Of a stretch of DNA of 64,000 bases, positions 9,719 to 18,842 are shown in pieces (position 1 is the stretch's first letter; each line of letters opens with the position of its first letter). Source of the DNA: Gemmatimonadota bacterium (GTDB taxonomy: Bacteria; JAAXHH01); assembly GCA_026706345.1 (NCBI GenBank), contig JAPOYX010000026.1:1863-65862 (forward strand), given 5' to 3'. The translations under genes and the position numbers were made by a program. The notes under the pieces are model-generated. The model worked only from the letters and a program-made list of their open reading frames with translations, was not told the origin of the DNA and did not search any database.

Positions 9719-10387
9719 TCACGACTCCGTGAACGCCAAGAATGCGTGATGCAATTCTATCGGTGAGTTATTATTCGTTCTCGGATGGAGACTCCCCCAA
9801 ACCCATGGCTCGCTAGTCAGATTTGACGGTCTCAAATTCTCGGCAGAGCGTGACCTGTGGTTCAAGTTGCGGTTGATACCTGCGACAGTGGTTTCAGGGT
9901 TGTCGGCGATCAGGTATCCAACCATGAATACAGCAGAGTGGTTCTCTGAGTACTGCCCGGTTTGGAAACGATCAATGCCGGCGACGACGTACTCACGGCA
10001 CAGGCGAGCATCGCCACCGGAAACCCGCTTGCATTCGATGATTGCGTGTGGGTCGTGCTCGCCGAAGCGGATGATATCGATCCACAGAATCGGAATATCG
10101 ATTCGCCCGTCTGGTACGAATACTTCAGGCCGAGAACGGGATTCGGTTCCGGGCGGAACTGCCATTAACTTGCTCCACGAAAAACGTCCCGAATTCAGCG
10201 CACATCGCATTCCATCGCGTAGCCGTTCCGTGATTTCTACTTCCCCCGCACTCGTACTGAGTTGAGACGACTGTAACGCAAGCGTCCAGCCGGCTTCGAC
10301 AGTACGCAGGATCGCTGTAGCAATTTCAGGCCATAGATTAATGAACCGACGACCGGCGACGACCGTGACATCAAATGGTAACCTCAT
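9719..10387 (-). CDS. Small Mrr-like PD-(D/E)XK (restriction endonuclease fold) protein
   Basis: 222-aa ORF with DIPILWIDIIRFGEHDPHAIIECKRV (D...ExK with the ECKR signature seen in Mrr-type catalytic domains). Its ATG overlaps the stop of the upstream methyltransferase by 4 nt (ATGA), which suggests translational coupling. Confidence 0.6.
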   Translation of the reverse strand: MRLPFDVTVVAGRRFINLWPEIATAILRTVEAGWTLALQSSQLSTSAGEVEITERLRDGMRCALNSGRFSWSKLMAVPPGTESRSRPEVFVPDGRIDIPILWIDIIRFGEHDPHAIIECKRVSGGDARLCREYVVAGIDRFQTGQYSENHSAVFMVGYLIADNPETTVAGINRNLNHRSRSAENLRPSNLTSEPWVWGSLHPRTNNNSPIELHHAFLAFTES

Positions 10388-13329
10388 AAAACGGAACCGG
10401 AGAGACTTTCGGCAATGACCGAATCCGCATCTTCCAAGGCCGATACACCCATCCAGTGCCGCCGGGCGGCAGGCTTGATGATCACAACTTCGTCGCGACC
10501 GTGTACACGAAGCTCGCGCTGGCCGATCAGGTTTGTCGTTAGGGGAACTTCCAAGCGTTCACCGACCCGGTCAATAACGTCTTTCAGGTCTCCACCTGTT
10601 CTAACAGTCTTCAACTCGGGAAGATCCGGGCATTTTGAACGCTCTTCAAGAATGAAGCGAACAACCCGAAGCGGTGCACGTTCCGGAAGTTCAAAGACCT
10701 CGGCGCGCATCCGGCGTTTGTTTGCTACGGAGAGCCAAACACCAATTGCCGCCACGAAATTGTGGGCATAGTCCGAAAGTTGGCTAACGTTTGCGGCTTC
10801 AACAGAAGCGATCCTGCCTGCCTTCCATTGCCAACTTGCACGGGACAGACCATCACGGGCAACGACACGGGCGGCTACGTCCATTTCATATAGGTCGAAT
10901 ACGGCTTCGTCAAGATTCTGCCAATCGGAGACGGAGGGAGAACCTGCCTGCATATCGCAGGCAAGTTGCACCAGGTATCTACCATTCTCGGTGTTCCGGG
11001 CTTTTTTGAGATCGGGAATCGGCATACGTTCGATGTCCCGAAGCTTGATCCGTTGCATCCACAAACCGAAAGTCGATGACGTCATGAGGAAGAACCAAGA
11101 TGCGAGCGACGAACTCAGAATAGTGGCTAGCAGGTGAAGAGTATCTCGCTCCGCGTGTGGAAGGGTCGCACCAAAGAAGGCGTCCGTGAAGATGGTATCT
11201 TGATCAGCAACAGCGGTGACCGGGCGTGGTCCGCGTCTCAGGAACTCCTTGATGAGCAGCAACGGCGCTTTGTAGATGTCGGGATTGCGCGGCCACTGCG
11301 CTTTATCGTCTTCAAACAAGCCCAAATCGGTCGAGACGGAGAACGGTCGAAGGTCGGCCGCTGTCAGGATCGGATGCCCTTGAAGGAAACGCGCAGCGCG
11401 GCTTTTATCTCCGAAAGTCAGCCCGACGTTGAACTCCGTACCGAGCTTGGCAAGCTGGTCTCCAAGCTTCGGATGACTGTCCGTCAGTTTGTCCAACAGG
11501 GACAGATCACGACGGAAACCGACAACCGCAGCCTTCAGGAACTCCGGTTTTCTCTGCCAGTCGGCCAGCGGCAACGTAATGATATCGCTTCTTGCAATCT
11601 CGAACGTGTGGCTTTGCGTTCCGGCCGGAGACCAGGGAACCTGCACCGCGGTGATCGCATCGGGGCGTGAGGGCCGGTGTCTTGCAAAGAGGACAACTGC
11701 GGGCATACTGCTTCTTGGAAACAGCCAATCGGACTGATTCGACAGATTGACCAGCGTCACGGGAGATAATTCTTCAATGATTTGACGCGAGGCGGATGCG
11801 CCGGTTCTGCTCAGACTGAAGAATTGGACCGCACTTAAAATCAGGCCAAATCGCGTATCCTCAGTGGCAAAATCCATCGCTCGAAACACGAAATCCAGAC
11901 TCTCACCACGAGGCGACAGCGCCGTCCTCCCGCTCCCTCGGGCTTGGCGTTCCGATCTGGCCGATTGACCTCGATAGCTCCATGGTGGATTACCGACGAT
12001 AACGTCGAACTTCCGGGAGGCGTCTCTTTCGGTTGGTGCTGACAGTCCATCTGCTAGAACTTTGTCATCCCACGCATCACCGACGAAGAGCGTTTTACCT
12101 ATCAACGGTTCGAACTTCAGCGTCTGAGGAGGATCTGGGTTCGGATCGAGTTCCAGGGCCGCCAGATAGAGACTGAATGCGGCTACGCGCACCGCGGCTT
12201 CGCTGATGTCCACGCCGTAGACCTGTTGGTGTAACGTGGAACGGATCAATTCACGGCTTCGTTCTTCTCTTTTCGATCGAAGATCAACCAGTCGTCGCAA
12301 GGCTTCGACCAGAAAGACGCCGGAACCGCAGGTCAGATCAAGTACGGTTTCTTCTCCAGTGAGTCCTTCCGTGATCTCATCCAGAACAAGAGAGACAAGC
12401 GACAGCCGGGTATAGAAGACATCCTTCCCGGAACGGGTATCGGAAATCGATGGATCTGCATGAGCGAATTGCTCATAGATCGAGCTGATCAACTCTACTG
12501 GTATCACGTCAAACTGGTAAGGAAAGAGCGTCATCTGCCCCGTCTCGGGGTCCATGGCTTCAAGGAAGTCCGCCACCCTTGAGAGATGCTCGGTGTCAGG
12601 CAGAGCATCTCCCTCTTCGGGGAACATGTCGCCATTGAATACCTCTCGAAGCCAATTGAACAATCGAGCTGTGGCTGGAGGATCACGCAGTACGGCGGGA
12701 AAGGACTGATGACCGTAATCCTTCTCAAGATTCTGTTCCGTGACGATCTTTCGATCAATCAGGTACTGAGTAAAAATCGAGCGGCCGATCAGTCCCTGAG
12801 CACCAGAACGGTCCAATCCTATCTTTAGTAGATCGACTTCAAGGGCATAGAGGTCAGACAACAACTTCCGGTCCACGCTGGCACTGCGATCTACGGTATC
12901 TGCCTGTTGCCAGAACCGTCCCGTTTCCATCGCAAGTCGACCGGCGAATGCATCAAGCTCATCCAACTCGTTCTCGATCTTCTGAAACGTACGCAGTCGG
13001 TTAGAGGAAGCGTCTCCGGTCTTCAGAGGTTGAGCAAAACCGTTGTAGAGGTCAATTCTTTGCGGAGAAACCACCCACAGCAGTGGAGAAAATCCCTGAT
13101 TCCATATCTCCCGGCGCCATCGGGCTATCTCCTTTTCGGGCGGAACTTCCGTTTCGCTCTTGAAATAGACGGTGAGCTCCGAGTCGCTACGCCAAAAGGC
13201 GTCAGGCATAAAGTCCCGAGTCTTACACTCGGCATGGGCCTTCTCATCAAGGTACACGCCGGGTGCCGGCTCGCCATTCGCCATGTAGCCGGTGGCTTCA
13301 AGTACTTCGCTTAGGACCTGAGTTGCCAT
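10384..13329 (-). CDS. Large gamma-class N6-adenine DNA methyltransferase (Type IIG/PglX-like architecture: N-terminal domain, HsdM-like MTase core, C-terminal target-recognition-like region)
   Basis: 981-aa ORF. Motif I is VLDLTCGSGVFLVEALRRL and motif IV is FDVIVGNPPWSYRG (the NPPW signature of adenine-N6 MTases). Upstream it has IPVELISSIYEQFAH, the HsdM-like helical motif. About 280 aa before and about 380 aa after the MTase core are not assigned. Confidence 0.8.
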   Translation of the reverse strand: MATQVLSEVLEATGYMANGEPAPGVYLDEKAHAECKTRDFMPDAFWRSDSELTVYFKSETEVPPEKEIARWRREIWNQGFSPLLWVVSPQRIDLYNGFAQPLKTGDASSNRLRTFQKIENELDELDAFAGRLAMETGRFWQQADTVDRSASVDRKLLSDLYALEVDLLKIGLDRSGAQGLIGRSIFTQYLIDRKIVTEQNLEKDYGHQSFPAVLRDPPATARLFNWLREVFNGDMFPEEGDALPDTEHLSRVADFLEAMDPETGQMTLFPYQFDVIPVELISSIYEQFAHADPSISDTRSGKDVFYTRLSLVSLVLDEITEGLTGEETVLDLTCGSGVFLVEALRRLVDLRSKREERSRELIRSTLHQQVYGVDISEAAVRVAAFSLYLAALELDPNPDPPQTLKFEPLIGKTLFVGDAWDDKVLADGLSAPTERDASRKFDVIVGNPPWSYRGQSARSERQARGSGRTALSPRGESLDFVFRAMDFATEDTRFGLILSAVQFFSLSRTGASASRQIIEELSPVTLVNLSNQSDWLFPRSSMPAVVLFARHRPSRPDAITAVQVPWSPAGTQSHTFEIARSDIITLPLADWQRKPEFLKAAVVGFRRDLSLLDKLTDSHPKLGDQLAKLGTEFNVGLTFGDKSRAARFLQGHPILTAADLRPFSVSTDLGLFEDDKAQWPRNPDIYKAPLLLIKEFLRRGPRPVTAVADQDTIFTDAFFGATLPHAERDTLHLLATILSSSLASWFFLMTSSTFGLWMQRIKLRDIERMPIPDLKKARNTENGRYLVQLACDMQAGSPSVSDWQNLDEAVFDLYEMDVAARVVARDGLSRASWQWKAGRIASVEAANVSQLSDYAHNFVAAIGVWLSVANKRRMRAEVFELPERAPLRVVRFILEERSKCPDLPELKTVRTGGDLKDVIDRVGERLEVPLTTNLIGQRELRVHGRDEVVIIKPAARRHWMGVSALEDADSVIAESLSGSVL

Positions 13330-13786
13330 CTTTTGCCTTGCGGGTTTGTATCCTGAATCGAAAAGTCAACCCACGATTACTTATCGTATGTTGAGTTAGT
13401 TCAGTTAATCATTATGTATTTAGTCGTGATTCGATTGTCAATCTCGTATTTCTCCGGCTCTTCAATGTTCACGCGGTTGTTTCAGACTGATTTCGCCGCG
13501 ATGAAACATCGGTCATCGTGATCGGTCTCTTTCGGATCAATATCCAATGCCCATGGCTTTGGCGGTTTTTGTGAGGCGGTTGACACTTTAGTACGCCGGT
13601 GCGAGGCCGGTGTCAAACCACCCCAGAACGGGATATGCGAAGGGGGCGGATAGCTCTCATGCTCGAAGGAATTCAGAAGACGTCAGGTATTCTCTCGCTG
13701 TCGTAGGCCAGACGGTCCGACGCGCCGAATTTGGGACGAGCAGACCAGTCGACCCTGGGAGGAACGTAGAGTAATGGGCGAGTATC
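13330..13786. promoter_or_regulatory. 457-bp AT-rich intergenic region upstream of the large methyltransferase, with an inverted repeat GTTGACAC(n26)GTGTCAAC
   Basis: This is the largest non-coding gap in the restriction-modification island. The inverted repeat ggttgacactt...ggtgtcaaacc lies at about 13575-13625, and no ORF of 60 aa or more is present. It probably carries promoter/operator elements for the methyltransferase and nuclease pair. Confidence 0.35.
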
Positions 13787-16700
13787 CTAATATCCGATAG
13801 ATCCCAACGGACCGATTTTATCATTCGGTATGGGCAGATCTGAAAGGAATCTCATTGGTACCTGAACGTTTGTAACTAACCTCTGATCAATTCGATTTGG
13901 ATTTACCGGGAACCCTATGATCGTGTTCAAGCTTGAGGGCTTGGTTTCGATCCAGTTTACCCTTCTCATATGCTTAAACAGTTCATCTTTCGCTTCTCCG
14001 CGAAAACGACGGCAGATTTCACTGATCTCGGCGGCTGTTCGAGCAAGTCTCAATCGTTTACACTCAACGATTAAGATTGCTCCATTTGATTTCCATGCCA
14101 AGACATCAATATCCCCTAAGTCGGACGACGCACCTAACTGAGTCATCGAAATCTCGGTTTTGGTTCGCCATCCATTCGTACTCAGATGTTCAGCGACTGT
14201 GACTGTGAAGTCATGACCTTTCTTGTCTGTGATTCCGCCGATATAGCTTCTCATCGTATCCGAACTGAAAAACTCCTGAGGTAGATACCCGTTTTCAATA
14301 CAGTATAGTAGATAACGGAATCCCAACTGTAAGGTGCCAACTCCGAAGATCACTACGTCCGTGTCCTGTTTTCCAAAAACAAGTATCGGCTTAAAAACCA
14401 CGGACATTCGACGACTGTAACGCCACGGTTGGATATCCCTGTTTGTCATTCCAGGCGGTGTTACATCCCATTTGGGCCTATGGAATAAACTGAAAGCAGA
14501 TATGAACGCATTGGTTGCGTTCTCGGAAAAGCCCCTTGTTGTAATAAGTCTGTTTCTAATTTCACCCAATGTCGTCTTGACAACGATTTGATCGCAATCG
14601 ACTGCCATTTCGAACAATTCTTCAATTCCCACAACGGCATCTCGTAACGAAATGTCGAACTCGGATTCAAACGCGTTAAGTAAGCTTTCAGGATAAAGTT
14701 CCTCTATCGGCTTTGGATTTTCAAATAGTCTGTTTTGATACAGGTTAGGATATCTGGAAACATCCTCTTCAAAACCATCAGTAACGTGTGCTTTAATAAA
14801 TGGTTCGATTACAGTGCTTATGATATCCCTTTCAATGGAATAAGTTCCATTTTGGTGTAATTCTATTGGAGGATCGAGCAACTTGTTTTTGAATCCGTCG
14901 GAGTGAGATGCGACTTGCATCATCAGGGCAGTCTTTGCTAAGAGTTCATCCATTTGCTGTTGTGATAGGAGATTCCCTCCCGATTCCGGACATTCACAGA
15001 TTGCTATTTCAAGTAAGGTACGAGTTGCCAAGTCAGTGATGCTCCTGATTCCCTCGCGTTCATGTGCGGTATGGAGCACATCATCATCAGATCCATAGAG
15101 TGCTTGCATTGCTTTTGCCGTCCGTCGCCAACGAATTCGGTCATGGAGGATACCTTCATGAACGAAAAACATCCCCTGTATTACCGACGCTCGATCAAGA
15201 GAGTTTAATTGGTATCGCAACTGATCCCATATCTTTTCAACGACCTTATTCAAGAACTTGTTACATGCGCTTATTGAGTCGATATTACTTACGTTATCAC
15301 TTTGTAGGCAGCCCTCAGACAGTTTCAGTTCTGAAAATGAAAAGTCCTCACGTGATAGCATTACAGGATTCATGTTGTGTTTTTGTAGCAGTTGTTCAAC
15401 GTAATCATAGCTCGTGAAAACATGTAATATCCGTATCCCCGCATCACCAGTTACTATTCTGGTTAACTGCTCGATTTTGCTATCATCGAAGTCCGTGCCC
15501 AATCCCACATGTAGCCTGGTAAGGCCTTTCGTAATACAGTTGACAACATATTGTTCGCCGAAGTTTTCCGGATGCTGGAAGTACTTCAAGAGAACCGGCG
15601 GAAACTTTATTACGACAGTTCGGTTCTTTATGGATATTCCTGGTTCAATGAACTCCGTCGCCGACTGTATACCTGCACTAACACTCGGTAAGTCCACATC
15701 TGTTAAATCTAGGCATACTTCTATTGGACCGGACTGTAGATCCTTGCCCTGCGACTCGAATTCAATCACAAGCCTGAAGAACAAGTCAATAAAGCCATTC
15801 CAAATTTGATAAGCATGGTCCCTTAATCCATTGCCCTCTTCACGAAGGCGTAAACTAAACCAACTGGGGCCACGCTCTGTTTCAATCGCCCCTGCTAATA
15901 CACCTGATCGTAGATGTCCAAGGCTGGCATATACTGGGCGATCTGAAACGGAATCAAAGTATGAATCTGCATCAAGTCTTTCGACGTAAACATAATTTCC
16001 TGTCGTTGATTGGATTAAATGACGGTCGAGTGTTCTTCTGCCTTTGGCGCGTACATTCATCGGGTAACCACAATCAACCAAGAGAACTGAACCCAGGCTC
16101 ACTGATAGCCCTCGAGGTACTATCTGGAAATTAGACCTTAACCAAGAGCAGAAAAAAGTGTAGTCACCACTGATGCCTGCAAATTCAACTCCTTGTTCTT
16201 CCACCCATCTTTTCTGTTTGATGAATTTCAAAAACCTTCGAATCGATTGAGCGGGATCATTAACCAACATTAGAAAATCTGAAATATGTATAACGGTCAG
16301 ACTCCACCGCCCCTGCCAATCTTCAGTGCTTAAGCCACAATTTCCTCCTAATCCACCTGCGACCAATATTGTTGTTCCGCGATCTACTCCTGGTGAAGAC
16401 ACGCAATGATCTACGGTTCGATTAAGGTATACCCACAGGCGTTTTTCTGTTTCTTTCGCATACTCAATCACACTGTCAAGTCCTTCAATCAACGGGTCTA
16501 CACTACAGTGAAGGAGGACTACATGTAGACCCTGATTCAGGTCGACCTTGAGCAACCAATCTTGAATAGGCAAATCTGACGTGTCTGTGCTTGGTACTTG
16601 ATGAGAATCCACGTTTTCTAGCGTGCTTAGTCCCTCCGACTCTATTTGATAGGACTGATAGGAGGCTAGCAATTGTGCGAAGTGCGGCAACAGTCCCGTC

Positions 16701-17470
16701 AATTGTAACTGACCCAAAAGGAATCTCCTGATAGCAGGGCCGACTGCATGAGGCAACACAAGTACCAGTTCGTTCCCAAACTGCAAAAGCGGGTATCGCT
16801 CCAGTGAAGTATGTCCTAATCTCTCGGAATCAAGGAGTTTCCTGTTGTGAGACTTAAGGATAAACGGTTCCAGTAAAACAGAACTAACCTGTAGTGCAGT
16901 GAGGTCGTTTGTGGTGAATGATACGGATTTCGCCCTGTCGACAATTCGAATCGCTGGCGATAATCTACTGACGCTTTTGGGGGTTGATGATTCAGTATGC
17001 CACCGTTGCAATCCAACTCTATCTGCGACACATTCGCTCAGTGCTAGCAAAGCAAATAATGGGTCTAGCATTTTCTTATATTCAGGCAATGCTCTATGGT
17101 GGTATATGATATCGAGAACAGTCTGTGTAAAGTAACCGCTTGAATGCCAGATTCCCTCAAACAACCGCCGATTTCCATTTGGTGTACTAACGTTCGTGAT
17201 GAAAACATCTTCGGCCGGGTCTTCTGCCATTACAATAGAAGTATCGCCCAGAAATCTGTTTAGCCAACGATCTACATCATTCAACGTTGGTTTCCGTTTC
17301 CCTCGACAGTGGAGAACAGCTAGATGAACGAGGATTTCCAGACGTATAGTATTCGCATGTAATGATGGTACAGTGAGGAGACTAGCAAGACGACTTGATG
17401 TATGACGTAAGTCGTACTTTTGAAGATCCTGCACAAGTGGCTTCAGTTCGGGGTCGTCAAGAGCGATCAT
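13787..17470 (-). CDS. Large (1227-aa) uncharacterised protein with a C-terminal Mrr-like PD-(D/E)XK nuclease motif and no recognisable NTPase motif
   Basis: The long ORF sits in the most AT-rich part of the window. Its C-terminus has GDIDVLAWKSNGAILIVECKRLRLART (D...ECKR, nuclease core). No Walker A/B was seen. The roughly 1000-aa N-terminal portion has no motif I recognise. Confidence 0.6.
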   Translation of the reverse strand: MIALDDPELKPLVQDLQKYDLRHTSSRLASLLTVPSLHANTIRLEILVHLAVLHCRGKRKPTLNDVDRWLNRFLGDTSIVMAEDPAEDVFITNVSTPNGNRRLFEGIWHSSGYFTQTVLDIIYHHRALPEYKKMLDPLFALLALSECVADRVGLQRWHTESSTPKSVSRLSPAIRIVDRAKSVSFTTNDLTALQVSSVLLEPFILKSHNRKLLDSERLGHTSLERYPLLQFGNELVLVLPHAVGPAIRRFLLGQLQLTGLLPHFAQLLASYQSYQIESEGLSTLENVDSHQVPSTDTSDLPIQDWLLKVDLNQGLHVVLLHCSVDPLIEGLDSVIEYAKETEKRLWVYLNRTVDHCVSSPGVDRGTTILVAGGLGGNCGLSTEDWQGRWSLTVIHISDFLMLVNDPAQSIRRFLKFIKQKRWVEEQGVEFAGISGDYTFFCSWLRSNFQIVPRGLSVSLGSVLLVDCGYPMNVRAKGRRTLDRHLIQSTTGNYVYVERLDADSYFDSVSDRPVYASLGHLRSGVLAGAIETERGPSWFSLRLREEGNGLRDHAYQIWNGFIDLFFRLVIEFESQGKDLQSGPIEVCLDLTDVDLPSVSAGIQSATEFIEPGISIKNRTVVIKFPPVLLKYFQHPENFGEQYVVNCITKGLTRLHVGLGTDFDDSKIEQLTRIVTGDAGIRILHVFTSYDYVEQLLQKHNMNPVMLSREDFSFSELKLSEGCLQSDNVSNIDSISACNKFLNKVVEKIWDQLRYQLNSLDRASVIQGMFFVHEGILHDRIRWRRTAKAMQALYGSDDDVLHTAHEREGIRSITDLATRTLLEIAICECPESGGNLLSQQQMDELLAKTALMMQVASHSDGFKNKLLDPPIELHQNGTYSIERDIISTVIEPFIKAHVTDGFEEDVSRYPNLYQNRLFENPKPIEELYPESLLNAFESEFDISLRDAVVGIEELFEMAVDCDQIVVKTTLGEIRNRLITTRGFSENATNAFISAFSLFHRPKWDVTPPGMTNRDIQPWRYSRRMSVVFKPILVFGKQDTDVVIFGVGTLQLGFRYLLYCIENGYLPQEFFSSDTMRSYIGGITDKKGHDFTVTVAEHLSTNGWRTKTEISMTQLGASSDLGDIDVLAWKSNGAILIVECKRLRLARTAAEISEICRRFRGEAKDELFKHMRRVNWIETKPSSLNTIIGFPVNPNRIDQRLVTNVQVPMRFLSDLPIPNDKIGPLGSIGY

Positions 17471-17567
17471 CTATTTTCCGGTTTATCGGTCCGTAGAGTT
17501 AACCCGGTCAAGGGTGCAGTACTATTGATCCAATCTTTGTAAAGAAGAGCCAACTTGTCATTCCGTC

Positions 17568-18842
17568 CTATTTGGAAGGAGATGCGGGTTTAACAAGCCT
17601 CACTCGACCTGTGAGAAGCTGTTGCATCATGCCCTGCTTGATGGCGCGAGTCTTGTCCCGGTGGCGCTCCAGCACGGCGATCTCGATATCCATATCAGAA
17701 AGAGTGCCAGCAATAGCACGTTGTTCCCGAACTGGCGGTAGCCAGATCTCAAAGTTTCGCATTACATCCCAGTCTGTGCGTGGCATGTGTGTTCCATAGG
17801 AGACACTGGCCGCTTTGATGAATTGGTCGGATTGAATGATGGTATATAGGAAACCGTTGTCTGCCTGCTTCGTATCAGTCACCAGTGGCCATATCTCAGT
17901 CGTGCATATTCCGTCCCGGTCTGCGAGCCAGAACTTTCGAAGATATGAACGAAGTCGGCCAAAGAGCACATCACCAGAATAGAAACGATATTTGGAAGAA
18001 GTTGAGTACTGAGCCGTTGAACACCCCAGTAGCCGCCCCTCGCGTTGCCCGATATGGTCGAGTTCCACACAGGGCGTATCTATTGGTACTTTCGAGGGTA
18101 GTACCTTTTGATTGCGAATGGACGCAATATCCCCTAGTCGTTTTGTCTCCCACTTCCCACTGAATCCCGGCAGCCGAAACTTTCCAGTGAGAAGTTGCTG
18201 CGTGGTAGCTTGTTTGACAGCCTGCTTCTTGTCGATCAGTTCCTCCAACGCCGTGAGTAATCCATCTACATCCGATAACGCCTCAGCGATGGTGCGTTGT
18301 TCAGTAGGAGATGGTAACGGTATGCGCACCTCTCTGAGTGCCTGTTTCGATATTCCAAAGACCTTTAGACCAGTGGCGAGACTACGCAACTGCCTCTTTA
18401 CGGATTCCTTATCCAGAAGGTACCCGCGATAGCCTTCATGGGTGCGTAGGTCCTTTGGTCTCAACAGGAGAGTATGCAGTCCGGCAACTGCTTCAGTAAC
18501 GCCAAGATTTCGAACTTCCACGCTCTTGCCGACCCCGGTTTCGTCCTCAGAAGCATCAGCAACTATCAGATCGCCCTCACGAAGCCGGTTCGCTGTAACG
18601 CCTTTATCAACCGAAAGGCGTGGTAATTTATCGCGAGAGAAGTCGATGAAGTGATGAAAGCGGGTATGGATATCTCCGTAATGCACGTATGCAACGTCAC
18701 CGGTGTCACCGAGTTCGGCCCTCGAATTAGAAGCAGTACGCAGATAGTCAAAAAGATCACCAATGGAATACATGGACCAATCAGACGGTATCACCCCCAC
18801 TTCGGTTCGCTTGTAACCTTTTGGCACCTTATCCGATAGCAC
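17568..18842 (-). CDS. hsdS: Type I restriction-modification specificity subunit (HsdS), two target-recognition domains
   Basis: 424-aa ORF with HsdS-like conserved regions (GDIHTRFHHF, central repeat LLTGKFRLPGF, C-terminal QQLLTGRVRL). It overlaps hsdM by 14 nt. Confidence 0.85.
   Translation of the reverse strand: MLSDKVPKGYKRTEVGVIPSDWSMYSIGDLFDYLRTASNSRAELGDTGDVAYVHYGDIHTRFHHFIDFSRDKLPRLSVDKGVTANRLREGDLIVADASEDETGVGKSVEVRNLGVTEAVAGLHTLLLRPKDLRTHEGYRGYLLDKESVKRQLRSLATGLKVFGISKQALREVRIPLPSPTEQRTIAEALSDVDGLLTALEELIDKKQAVKQATTQQLLTGKFRLPGFSGKWETKRLGDIASIRNQKVLPSKVPIDTPCVELDHIGQREGRLLGCSTAQYSTSSKYRFYSGDVLFGRLRSYLRKFWLADRDGICTTEIWPLVTDTKQADNGFLYTIIQSDQFIKAASVSYGTHMPRTDWDVMRNFEIWLPPVREQRAIAGTLSDMDIEIAVLERHRDKTRAIKQGMMQQLLTGRVRLVKPASPSK

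Noticed and set aside
10384-11300. Cryptic PD-(D/E)XK nuclease motif within the N-terminal 280 aa of the 981-aa methyltransferase (e.g. around YLDEKAHAECK / DSELTVYFKSE)
   Set aside because: The spacing and residues do not fit a convincing D...(D/E)xK core by eye. This needs profile or structure search and is left as an open check under the methyltransferase finding.
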